Assembly (NCBI GenBank): GCA_963841435.1
Contig: CAWJCS010000002.1
Coordinates: 320,001 to 384,000, forward strand
Direction: 5' to 3'
DNA from: an uncultured delta proteobacterium
Lineage (GTDB): Bacteria; Myxococcota_A; Polyangia; Polyangiales; Polyangiaceae
DNA length: 64,000 bases
Below the pieces are notes generated by a model, which searched no databases, was not told the DNA's origin, and saw only the letters and a list, made by a program, of their open reading frames with translations. The translations under genes and the position numbers were made by a program. Shown piece by piece: positions 38,408 to 47,005 of this stretch. Position 1 is the stretch's first letter, and each line of letters starts with the position of its first letter.

Positions 38408-38878
38408 CTAGGCGGGTGCCGCGGATTTTCGGCGAGGCACCATGATCACGTGCGCGGCCTCGAGCACGACCTCGTCGCGCTGGTTGTAGACGACGGTGCC
38501 AAACTTCACGATGCCGCGGTCCGCCTGCGAGCGAGAGGGTCGGGCCTCGGTGACGGTGCCCTCGATGCGCAGGGAGTCGCCGGGGTGAACCGGCCGCAGC
38601 CATCGCATTGACTCGATCTCGACGCCCGCACCTTGACCGGACAGTCCGAGATCGCTGTCCACGATGAGCCGCATGGCCACCGCGGCCGTGTGCCAACCAC
38701 TCGCGACCAATCCGCCCAACAGCGTTCCACGCGCGGCGCCTTCGTCCAGGTGAGGCGGCTGCGGGTCGAACTCGGCGGCGAAGGATTTGATGCGTTCTTG
38801 GGTGATGGTGATGGCGCCTGGCGACCTGAAGCGCAGGCCTACGCTGAAGTCGTCGAAGAATCGGCCAGGTGATGGCAT
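38408..38878 (-). CDS. MaoC-family (hot-dog fold) dehydratase
   Basis: Start MPSPGRFFDD; FAAEFDPQPPHLD, GLVASGWHT, RPVHPGD. Confidence 0.9.
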   Translation of the reverse strand: MPSPGRFFDDFSVGLRFRSPGAITITQERIKSFAAEFDPQPPHLDEGAARGTLLGGLVASGWHTAAVAMRLIVDSDLGLSGQGAGVEIESMRWLRPVHPGDSLRIEGTVTEARPSRSQADRGIVKFGTVVYNQRDEVVLEAAHVIMVPRRKSAAPA

Positions 38879-38893
38879 GGTCTCGGGGTAACG

Positions 38894-38910
38894 TATCAGG
38901 ATGCGTGATG
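38894..38910. promoter_or_regulatory. Degenerate operator TATCAGG-ATG-CGTGATG, 15 bp upstream of the MaoC start
   Basis: 12/14 match to the palindrome. Confidence 0.65.
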
Positions 38911-38961
38911 ACGAGCGCTCGCGCAACGAGCGGTTCGCTCCGCCCCCGACCGGTCGTCGCT

Positions 38962-39868
38962 CTAGAGCTCGAGCTTGGGGAGCCGAATGCCGGACGGCTG
39001 AAGGTGCTGAGCGAAGCGCGCCTGCCAAACCGCTGCGATTGCAGCCGGATCCCACCCGCCGCCACGGAGCTCGGTCACGAGCTCTGCCGGGTGCGAGTAC
39101 AGACACAGCCGGTCGCCACCGATCCCGATCGCCTGCCCCGTGATCCCGGCGGACGCGTTCGATGCGAGGAACACCACGAGGCCGGCGCAGTCTTCCGGCA
39201 TGCCGATGGCGTGCTCACGCCGCACGGCGGCCGGCAGGGGCTCGCCCGCTGCGACGCGCGGCACGAGCGGCTTGTACAGGGGGATGGTCGCGGTCATCGC
39301 CGTCCACGCGGTCGGCACGATGGCATTCACGGTGATTTCCGCGCGCGCGAGCTCGAGCGCCCAGGTGCGCGCGAACGCAACGATGCCGGCCTTCGCGGCC
39401 GCGTAGCTCGTCTGGCCGAAGTTCCCGAACTGGCCCGCCGGGGAGCCCACGACGATGATGCGACCGCCCTCGGCCTGCTCGCGCATCCGGATGGCCGCTG
39501 CTCGCGCGCACAGAAATGTTCCGCGCAGGTGCGTGCGCACGACCAGATCGAAATCTTCGTCGGTCATCTTCCACAGCACGGCGTCGCGCAGCACGCCGGC
39601 GTTGGTGACGACGGCGTCGAGAACGTCCGAACGAGTCGACGGCGCACGCGATCAGCGCGTCCGCCGCCGCGCGATCCCCGACGTCTCCGCCCACGGCGAC
39701 GGAGCGCTCGCCGGCGAGCGCTCGGGTCTCCTCCGCGGCACCCGAATTTAGGTCGTTGACGACCACGGAGGCTCCGGCCCGCGCGAGCGCGACCGCGTAC
39801 GCGCGCCCGAGGCCCTGGCCCGCACCCGTGACGACCACTACCTTGCCCTCGAGATCGCTCGGGCTCAC
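38962..39868 (-). CDS. SDR, 3-hydroxyacyl-CoA dehydrogenase-like; +1 frameshift at about 39622
   Basis: GTG 39868 overlaps the upstream stop; TGAGQGLG, VVVND. Removing one base restores FGR-LDAVVTNAGVLRD, then GNFGQTSYAAAKAG and TVNAIVP. Confidence 0.88.
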
Positions 39869-40359
39869 CGGTAGTACCTGAGCAAACACTCGGCGACGAG
39901 CGCAGGCTTGGGAAGGTCCCTGACCTCGATCGTGAACACCAAAGCGACCTGCACGCCCCCAGCGATTTGGGTCGCGTCGAGGACCTCACCATGGCCGCGG
40001 AAGTCAGCGCCGACCGGCAACGCTGCGGGAAAGCGGACCTTGTTCAGGCCGTAGTTGATCGAGGTCGCTGCGTCCTCGACCACGACGAGCTCTTGCGAAA
40101 TGGGCCCGAGCATCGAGAGGGTCAAAAACCCGTGTGCAATGGTGCCGCGGAACGGCGTGTGGCGCGCGCGCTCGGGGTCGACGTGGATGAAGTTGTGGTC
40201 GTTGGTCAGGGCGGCGAATTCGTTGACGCGATCCTGCGTCATCCGCTGCCATTCCGTGGGCCCGAGCTTCCGCCCGCTGTGGCGCGGCAGCTCAGCGATC
40301 GTGGTGACCAAGGGGCCGATTGTCGTGCTCGAAGGGCTTTCCGCCGTGTTGGTACGCAT
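39865..40359 (-). CDS. MaoC/NodN-like (R)-enoyl-CoA hydratase
   Basis: AAGGAGG RBS before ATG 40359; FAALTNDHNFIHVDPE, TIAHGFLTLS, NYGLNKVRFP. Confidence 0.92.
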   Translation of the reverse strand: MRTNTAESPSSTTIGPLVTTIAELPRHSGRKLGPTEWQRMTQDRVNEFAALTNDHNFIHVDPERARHTPFRGTIAHGFLTLSMLGPISQELVVVEDAATSINYGLNKVRFPAALPVGADFRGHGEVLDATQIAGGVQVALVFTIEVRDLPKPALVAECLLRYYR

Positions 40360-40375
40360 GTGCCTCCTTGGCACC

Positions 40376-40400
40376 CTAGTATCAGGTTCCCTGATACTAG
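40376..40400. promoter_or_regulatory. Extended palindromic operator CTAGTATCAGG-TTC-CCTGATACTAG
   Basis: Perfect 11+11 inverted repeat 16 bp upstream of the MaoC-SDR operon start. Confidence 0.88.
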
Positions 40401-40500
40401 CGCATTGTCGCAGGAACGGAAGGCCCCCCGTGCGGGCCGATCGGCTCCGCCGGTCGGCGCCCGTCCCGAAAGGGGAGGAGAACCGCGGCTAGCCTTCCAT

Positions 40501-41037
40501 TTAGGCGGCGCGCCGTGACTGGGCGCGTTTGGGCGCGGGCGTCCGGGCTTCCTGGCCGGCCGCGGGCTGGGCGGCGTCGTGAAAGCCACCGCCGAGGTTG
40601 CGAACGGCGGACTTGATCATCGCCAGGAACTTCGACCGTTCGGGCCGACTGAACCCCCGCAACATCCGCGTCTCGAAGTCGGCGACGGCGGACTCGCAGG
40701 CGGCGACCACGCGCCGCCCCTTGGCCGTCAGGCTCGCGGGTCGCTTGCGGCGATGGTTGGGGTGCGCGTTGCGTTTGATCAGTCCGGCCCGCTCCAGGCG
40801 GTGGATGACCTCGTGCATCGACTGCGCCGTCATGAACGAACGCCGCGCCAGTTGCGAGCTGGACAAGGGCGCGCCATGGCGATTGAGGACACTCAACGTC
40901 GTGAACTGAAGTGCCGTCAGGTCGTGCCGCGCGGCGATTTCGCTGACCGAGCCGAGCACGAGCTGCTCTAGCCGGGCAATGGCGTAGGAGATCCCGGGCT
41001 CCGGGCTCGGGGGTGCCTTACCGTCGACCTTGTCCAT
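40501..41037 (-). CDS. MarR-family transcriptional regulator (start may extend to 41097)
   Basis: LTALQFTTLSVL, LSSSQLARRSFMTAQSM, LERAGLIKR, LTAKG. Confidence 0.92.
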   Translation of the reverse strand: MDKVDGKAPPSPEPGISYAIARLEQLVLGSVSEIAARHDLTALQFTTLSVLNRHGAPLSSSQLARRSFMTAQSMHEVIHRLERAGLIKRNAHPNHRRKRPASLTAKGRRVVAACESAVADFETRMLRGFSRPERSKFLAMIKSAVRNLGGGFHDAAQPAAGQEARTPAPKRAQSRRAA

Positions 41038-41147
41038 GTGGGCATCGTGCCATGGCGACCGCCGCCGTACGTGGAGGAAATCGATCCGCATCCCCATAGT
41101 GCTCGATCAGTGCTCGCAGTGCTCGATGGCGCCCCATGGGTCGAATA

Positions 41148-41164
41148 TTTCAAGGAGCCTGATA
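41148..41164. promoter_or_regulatory. Degenerate operator TTTCAAG-GAG-CCTGATA upstream of marR (possible autoregulation)
   Basis: 12/14 match to the palindrome, in an AT-rich patch. Confidence 0.65.
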
Positions 41165-41209
41165 TTGGGCGTCCCGGGGGCGCCGTGGCGCGCTTTTTGC
41201 GTCGCTGCC

Positions 41210-41656
41210 TCAGCCCAACACCGACGCCACGCCGTGCGCAGCGAGCTCGCGCTGAAGGCGCTTCACGGCTTCCCTGGCCTGCGCACGCTCGGCAGGAAAG
41301 AGGCCGATGTGCTCGAAGGCATCGTCGAGGTGGGCGGGCGAGTAGCAGCGAATGGTCGGATTGACGAACGTCAGCGCCGAGCCCATGAACCGAAGGGCGA
41401 GCGAGGAGGAAACGATCGCCGTCGGCGGGTTTTTCTTGTTCACCTTCCGCAGTCGCTCAACCTGAGCCTTGGTCGGGTGACCTCCCTCCGTCACGACGAG
41501 CAACCTGAAGCTTGCCACCGCATGTTCGAGATTCGAGGCCGCGATCAGCCAGCGGTCCCACTCGGCGTCACTCGGGTTGAATTTCGTCTGGCAAGAGACC
41601 AGCAAACGCGCCTCCTTGATCGCCTCGAAGACGAGGTCGAGATTTGCTGAGCCCAT
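41210..41656 (-). CDS. Small myxobacterial STAS/SEC14-like protein
   Basis: PSDAEWDRWL, LLVVTEGGHPTKAQ, TAIVSSS...R...AL pattern. Confidence 0.65.
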   Translation of the reverse strand: MGSANLDLVFEAIKEARLLVSCQTKFNPSDAEWDRWLIAASNLEHAVASFRLLVVTEGGHPTKAQVERLRKVNKKNPPTAIVSSSLALRFMGSALTFVNPTIRCYSPAHLDDAFEHIGLFPAERAQAREAVKRLQRELAAHGVASVLG

Positions 41657-41902
41657 CCGTTCACGATATCATCCTCGCAGGGTGCGGGAAGCCGTTCGCG
41701 GATTCGGAGTAGTACCCTCGCGCCTCGACTCCAGGCGTGAGTTGATCGATTCGTTGGCGTTCGCGCGCCTGTAAGTTTTCATCGTTCCGCGAGACTAGGC
41801 CGCTCGGCCCATAGCGAATCACGACGACGCGGCGATACGCTCGCAGCCATGGCAGTTCAGCGCTCGCGTTGCTCTCGCTCCTTCATCATCGATCAGCCAT
41901 CG

Positions 41903-43165
41903 ATGGGAAGCGCGAGCGCTCGCCGCTCGCGTGGTCTCCTTCGAGCGCCGCTCGCGGCGGCGTCTGCGTGCGCGCTGCTCGCGTGCGCGACCGGTTGCGG
42001 TGACACCGGGCAACCGGCCGGCGCGGCGGGCAGCTCGGGGAATGTCACGGGCGGAGCGGGCAGTGGTGGCAGTTCGGGTGGAGGATCCGGCGGGAACATG
42101 GTGGGTGGCTCGGCTGGAACCGCGGGAGGCTCGGCGGGCACCTCCGCCGGCAGTGGTGGCGCGTCGGCGGGCGCGGGCGGCGCGGCGGGCATCGCGGGCT
42201 CGGGCGGCGGCGGCATGGCGGGCACGTCGGCCGAAAGTGGAGGCACCGGCAACGCGAGTGGTGCGGGCGGCGCCGCGATGGGAGGTGCTGCGGGCGCGTC
42301 GGGATCGGGCGGTGGAGCGAGCGGGGACGGTGGCAAGGCCGGCGGCGGTCCGAGCGGGGGCGGAGGCGCTGCCGGTTCGGGTGGCGCTACGCAGAGCAGC
42401 GGCTGCGGCAAGGCGCCGCCCGGCAGCGACCGCTACAGCATGGACGTGGACGGCACGATGCGCGAGTACATCCTCTCCGTTCCGGACGGCTACGACCAGA
42501 GCAAGCCGTACCGGCTCATCTTCACTTGGCATCCACTCGGTGGCTCGGCCCAGCAGGTCGCCGGATCCGGCAACAACGGCTACTACGGGCTCAAGAGCGC
42601 CTCCAACGGAGAAGCAATCCTGGTCTCGCCGGAAGGTCTGCCCTTCCAAGGCAGCAACCTCGGCTGGGCCAACACCAACGGTCGCGACATCGCCTTCTTG
42701 AGCGCCATGATCGAAAAGTTCAAAGCGGAGATGTGCATCGACGAGAGCAGGATTTTCTCCACGGGATTCAGCTTCGGCGGCATGATGTCGAACGCCGTCG
42801 GTTGCGCCGGGCTGGCCCGAGCGATCGCTCCCATGGCGGGCAACTCGCAGGTGAGCGGCTGCCAGGCGGGCACCCAGCCCGTCGCAATGATGGGCTTCCA
42901 CGGGGATCACGACTCCGTGGTCAACATCTCCGGAGGGCGGGCGGCGCGCGACGTCTTCGTGGGACGCAACCACTGCACCGACGCGACGATGCCCGCCGAT
43001 CCGGGCTGGTGCGATGGGGTCGCTCAGAACTTCCAGCCGTGCAACTGCGTGAGCTACCAGGGCTGCGACGCGGGTTACCCCGTGGTCTGGTGCGAGTACA
43101 ACGGGGATCACATGGCAGCGCCGAGCTCGGGCACCACGATCTGGAACTTCTTCGCCCAGTTCTGA
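41903..43165 (+). CDS. CE1-like esterase lipoprotein (candidate feruloyl esterase) with Gly-rich linker; start may be 41849
   Basis: Lipobox LLAC or ATGC; REYILSVPDGYD, YRLIFTWH, GWANTNGRDIAF, CIDESRIFSTGFSFGG, HGDHD, GDH, IWNFFAQF. Confidence 0.87.
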   Translation: MGSASARRSRGLLRAPLAAASACALLACATGCGDTGQPAGAAGSSGNVTGGAGSGGSSGGGSGGNMVGGSAGTAGGSAGTSAGSGGASAGAGGAAGIAGSGGGGMAGTSAESGGTGNASGAGGAAMGGAAGASGSGGGASGDGGKAGGGPSGGGGAAGSGGATQSSGCGKAPPGSDRYSMDVDGTMREYILSVPDGYDQSKPYRLIFTWHPLGGSAQQVAGSGNNGYYGLKSASNGEAILVSPEGLPFQGSNLGWANTNGRDIAFLSAMIEKFKAEMCIDESRIFSTGFSFGGMMSNAVGCAGLARAIAPMAGNSQVSGCQAGTQPVAMMGFHGDHDSVVNISGGRAARDVFVGRNHCTDATMPADPGWCDGVAQNFQPCNCVSYQGCDAGYPVVWCEYNGDHMAAPSSGTTIWNFFAQF

Positions 43166-43278
43166 GCGCGTCGCCGTCTTCAGCTCCAGCAGAACGGCGC
43201 GCGCGGGTGTAATCCTCGCTCGGGGTCGCCGTCAGCACCTGTGAAGCGCGCAACGAGGGACGCGAGAGCGCTCCTGTC

Positions 43279-43301
43279 TAGCTCAAAAATTAGCTCAAAA
43301 A
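43279..43301 (+). promoter_or_regulatory. AT-rich direct repeat TAGCTCAAAAA x2 upstream of the GH5-xylR operon
   Basis: Copies at 43279 and 43291, 12-bp period. Confidence 0.5.
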
Positions 43302-43502
43302 ACACTAGCCCGCGGGGTAGGGGTCTATTTGTGACCAGCGCCGCTCGACTGCCCGTGCGGAGCGCGGGTGCCGCGCGCGGGCTGATACGGAAACTCGAGG
43401 TTGCAAGCGTCGATGGTCGGGGTTTCGTCGCGGCCCGGCGCGCACCATTCGCCCGGCTTCGGGCAGGGTCGATCGGACCGCCCGCGCCGATGTAGAGTTC
43501 AA

Positions 43503-44696
43503 ATGGTCATGGTGCGCCCGGCCCCCTTTTTTGCTCGCATGTTGGCCGTTGCTCTGTCGATGGCGACCGCAGCGTGTCTGACGCCATCGCCCGCACCGTG
43601 CCCGCCCACGGCTCCATCCGCCACGTTCACACCCGCTGCCCCGCCTCAAGCCGTCGAAGCGAGCGTCCCGCTCGAGTCGATGACGGAGCTCGACGCGTGG
43701 GACGCGGTTTTGCGGATGAGCCCGGGCATCAACATCGGCAATACCCTCGAGAACACCACGCACTGGGAAACCGGCTGGGGCAATCCAGTCATCACCGAAG
43801 AGTACGTCCGGAGCCTCGGGGCGCTCGGCTTCAAGACCGTCCGCCTCCCCGTGGCGTGGAATACGTACGCAGTCGACGGTCGTATCCAACCCGAAAAGCT
43901 CGCGCGTGTTCGTGAGGTCGTCGATTGGATCACGAACGCCGGCATGTTTTGCGTCCTCAACGTTCACTGGGACGGCGGCTGGATCGATTCGAGCCAGAAG
44001 GGAAAATACCAAAAGCTCCACGTCTTCAGCAGCGAGGCCGAAGAAAAATATCGCTCCTACTGGAGCCAGATCTCGAGCTACTTCGCTGGCAAGAACGAGA
44101 AGCTGATCTTCGAAGCGCTGAACGAGGAGACCAACTTCGAAAACGAAGGCTCTCTCGACAAAGCCTACGCGACGCTCACGCGCGTGAACCAGCTCTTCAT
44201 CGATACCGTGCGCAAGACCGGCGGCAACAACGCGAAGCGACTGTTGATTGTCACCGGTTACACCACGGACATCACGAAGACCTCGAGCCCCCTCTACCTT
44301 CTCCCGAAGGACACCATCGCGCACCGACTTTTCATCTCCGTCCACTACTACACCCCGTGGCCGTTCGTCGGAATGACCGAGGACGCGAGCTGGGGGAAGA
44401 TGGCGCCGACGTGGGGAAGCCCGAGCGACAGAGAGGAGCTCAATCGTCTCTTCGACATGATGGGCGAGTTCTGCTCCAAGCACGACATTCCGGCGTTCAT
44501 CGGAGAGTTCAGCGCCACCGAAAAGAAAGAGTCTGCTTCGCGCGTTCGCTGGCTCTCCGCCGTCATGGACGCCGCGCGAGCCAGGAAGATGGTCCCGGTA
44601 CTCTGGGATACCGGCAGTGCGGTTGCTCGGCTGCCGCCCCATGTTCCCAGTGCCGATCTGCAAGAGGTGCTGCAGCACCTCGCGGCACCGCAATGA
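43503..44696 (+). CDS. GH5 (GH5_4-like) endoglucanase/xyloglucanase lipoprotein with Pro-rich linker
   Basis: GINIGNTLE, ETGWGNP, VRLPVAW, LNVHWD, IFEALNE (acid/base), VHYYTP, IGEF (nucleophile), LWD. Confidence 0.92.
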   Translation: MVMVRPAPFFARMLAVALSMATAACLTPSPAPCPPTAPSATFTPAAPPQAVEASVPLESMTELDAWDAVLRMSPGINIGNTLENTTHWETGWGNPVITEEYVRSLGALGFKTVRLPVAWNTYAVDGRIQPEKLARVREVVDWITNAGMFCVLNVHWDGGWIDSSQKGKYQKLHVFSSEAEEKYRSYWSQISSYFAGKNEKLIFEALNEETNFENEGSLDKAYATLTRVNQLFIDTVRKTGGNNAKRLLIVTGYTTDITKTSSPLYLLPKDTIAHRLFISVHYYTPWPFVGMTEDASWGKMAPTWGSPSDREELNRLFDMMGEFCSKHDIPAFIGEFSATEKKESASRVRWLSAVMDAARARKMVPVLWDTGSAVARLPPHVPSADLQEVLQHLAAPQ

Positions 44697-45853
44697 TCGC
44701 GCCACGCGTGCTCGTCTTGCTCGGGACGGAGGCCGCCTGGTCGCGCGGCGTCCTCCGCGGCTTCATGACGATCGCCCACGAGCGGGACTGGACGTTGCTT
44801 CACTACGACCCGGGCTCGGACTTGAAGTGGGTGGCCCGCGAGTGGGCCCCGACCGCCGTGGTGTTCGGCCCGGAGCTCGAGCCGGCGGCACTGGCCCGGC
44901 TCTCCCCCGCGGCGCTGATTTCGGTGACGGTCGATCGCAGCGAAAGTGGCATCGCCTCCGTGTGCCTCGACGAGGAAGGCATCGCGGCACTCGCGCTCGA
45001 GCATCTGATCACGCGGGGGTTCCGACGCGTGAGCACCTTCCGCTACGACGAGTCACCTTTCGCCGTGGCGCGAGAGCACGCGTTCGTCGAGCGCGCGCGG
45101 GCGGCGGGTCTGGACGTCACGGCGGGTTGGGGCAACGGCGACTACACGAGGTCCGAGCGGCAGGAACGCCCTGCCGCCATGGTGGCATGGTTGCGCTCGC
45201 TGCCGAAGCCCTGCGGTGTGTTCACCTCCACGGACGGATGGGCGCGCGCCGTGGCGCGCTACGCGCGCGAAGCCGGACTGCGAGTTCCGGAAGACGTCGC
45301 GCTCGTCGGTGCCGACAACAACGTCCTCGGATGCGAGCTGCTTTCGCCGCCGCTCTCGAGCGTGATCATTCCGTGGAACGATGTCGGCCGGCAGGCGGCG
45401 ACGCTCGTCCGCCTCGCTCTCTCCAAGCAGCCGATCGCGGGGAGACGCGTCGTCGTTTCTCCGCTGACCGTCGCGGCGCGACGCTCCTCGGACGTGCTGG
45501 CGGTCAACGATGTGCTCGTCGCTCGCGCCGTCACCTGGATCCGTGAGCACGCGGACCGGCGCCTCACCGTAACGATGGTGGCTCGCGCCGTGGGTGGCGG
45601 CCGGCAGCGCCTCGAGCGGCGCTTTCGGCGCTCGCTCGATCGCACGATTCAACAAGAGATCCGGCGGGCGCACGTCGAAAGAGCGAGGCACTTGCTTGCC
45701 ACGACGCGTTCCAGCATGGCCGAGGTCGCAAGACGAAGCGGCTTCACCAGTGCTTCACTGCTCAACGTGGCGTTCCAGCGCGAGCTCGGCATGCCGCCTG
45801 GAACGTACCGTCGTCGGCTGCAGAGGCAGCAGGATGATCGTGACGACGACTGA
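44693..45853 (+). CDS. xylR: XylR-type regulator (periplasmic-binding-protein-like domain plus AraC HTH)
   Basis: WLRSLPKPCGVF, RVPEDVALVGADN, PPLSSV, RRSSD, LERRFR, EVARRSGF, GMPPGTYR; ATGA overlap with the GH5 gene. Confidence 0.88.
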   Translation: MIAPRVLVLLGTEAAWSRGVLRGFMTIAHERDWTLLHYDPGSDLKWVAREWAPTAVVFGPELEPAALARLSPAALISVTVDRSESGIASVCLDEEGIAALALEHLITRGFRRVSTFRYDESPFAVAREHAFVERARAAGLDVTAGWGNGDYTRSERQERPAAMVAWLRSLPKPCGVFTSTDGWARAVARYAREAGLRVPEDVALVGADNNVLGCELLSPPLSSVIIPWNDVGRQAATLVRLALSKQPIAGRRVVVSPLTVAARRSSDVLAVNDVLVARAVTWIREHADRRLTVTMVARAVGGGRQRLERRFRRSLDRTIQQEIRRAHVERARHLLATTRSSMAEVARRSGFTSASLLNVAFQRELGMPPGTYRRRLQRQQDDRDDD

Positions 45854-45890
45854 CGAGTCCGCAGCAAGGGGACGAAGGGCGTCCCGATGT

Positions 45891-46982
45891 TCACGGGCTC
45901 TGAGTTAGAAGCCCGAGGCGCCAAGGAATGCGATTGTAGTCGCCGCCCGTGTCGGCCGTGGGATCGTCGCCCTGAAAGAGGTAGCGCATGTTGCAGGGCT
46001 CGATCTCGAGCGTCTGGTCGTAGCCTGAGCGGAGCATCTCGCCGTGGCTGATGTCCTCTGTCCACGGCGCTCCCTCGAACGTGACGTTTCGCTCTCCGGC
46101 GAAAGGAAACGAGCCGCTGCCCTGCCACGGCAGCCACGGTCCCTCGAGGTCGTCCGCGATCCACGAGCGATAGTAGCGGTGGTTGTTCGAAGTCTGGTCA
46201 AAGGCCTCGATCAGCGCGAGATACTGAGTCCTGCCCTTGATTTTGTAGACATTCGAACCCTCGAAGAGTCGGCCGTGATTCGTGTCTCGAAGGACGACGA
46301 CCGGCTCCTCGAAGCCCATCGGAAAGGTATCGATGCGCGTCTTGCTCTTGTAGTAGAGGCCCTCGTTGCTCGAGAAGAACAGGTGACACCACGCCGAGTC
46401 ACAGATCACCCAATAGTCGAGCCACCCGCCGCCGTTCTCGGTGATGATCGCGGGCGTCGCCGAGAAGAAAGGTGCCGGGGGCGACCACCCCGTCGGATCG
46501 CCGGGGTCGTCCGCCGTCGAGTACATCGGCGGGCCCGACTGAAAGACGAGATACCACTTGTTTTGGGGCCTGAAGTAAAAGAGCTCCGGAGCGGCGACGT
46601 AGGTGTCGAAGCCGGGCGTCTGATCCATGTAGGAAAACGACGCACTCGACGGGTCCGACCAGTCCGTGAAGCTCGTGTAGACCAGGTTGTACGTCCCCGT
46701 GGTCGAGACGGAGCTCGCGTACACGTGCCAGCGGTCGTTGAAGTACACCGGCGACGGATCCTTCACTGCCAGGAGGTCGTGCGCGGCGTCCGAGATCGGC
46801 GCGATCAACGGCCCGGTTCCCGTCCACCGGACGCTGGGCGCAAGCTCACAGGTCCCGTCGCCCCCGTTGTCCGGAGCACTTTCCGTCTCGGACGACGAAC
46901 AGGCGAAGAGTGGAAGCCCGCTGCAAGCTAGATAGGCGATTTCGAGCGCGCCAAGTCGAATCTTTCGAGCTCGCGTGGTCAT
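45891..46982 (-). CDS. GH62 alpha-L-arabinofuranosidase lipoprotein
   Basis: GGAG before ATG 46982; LFAC lipobox; VKDP, APELFYF, WLDYWVICD, LFEGSNVY, DISHGE, RYLFQG, PWRLGLLT. Confidence 0.93.
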   Translation of the reverse strand: MTTRARKIRLGALEIAYLACSGLPLFACSSSETESAPDNGGDGTCELAPSVRWTGTGPLIAPISDAAHDLLAVKDPSPVYFNDRWHVYASSVSTTGTYNLVYTSFTDWSDPSSASFSYMDQTPGFDTYVAAPELFYFRPQNKWYLVFQSGPPMYSTADDPGDPTGWSPPAPFFSATPAIITENGGGWLDYWVICDSAWCHLFFSSNEGLYYKSKTRIDTFPMGFEEPVVVLRDTNHGRLFEGSNVYKIKGRTQYLALIEAFDQTSNNHRYYRSWIADDLEGPWLPWQGSGSFPFAGERNVTFEGAPWTEDISHGEMLRSGYDQTLEIEPCNMRYLFQGDDPTADTGGDYNRIPWRLGLLTQSP

Positions 46983-47005
46983 GGTGGGTCTCCGTAGACG
47001 GCGCG

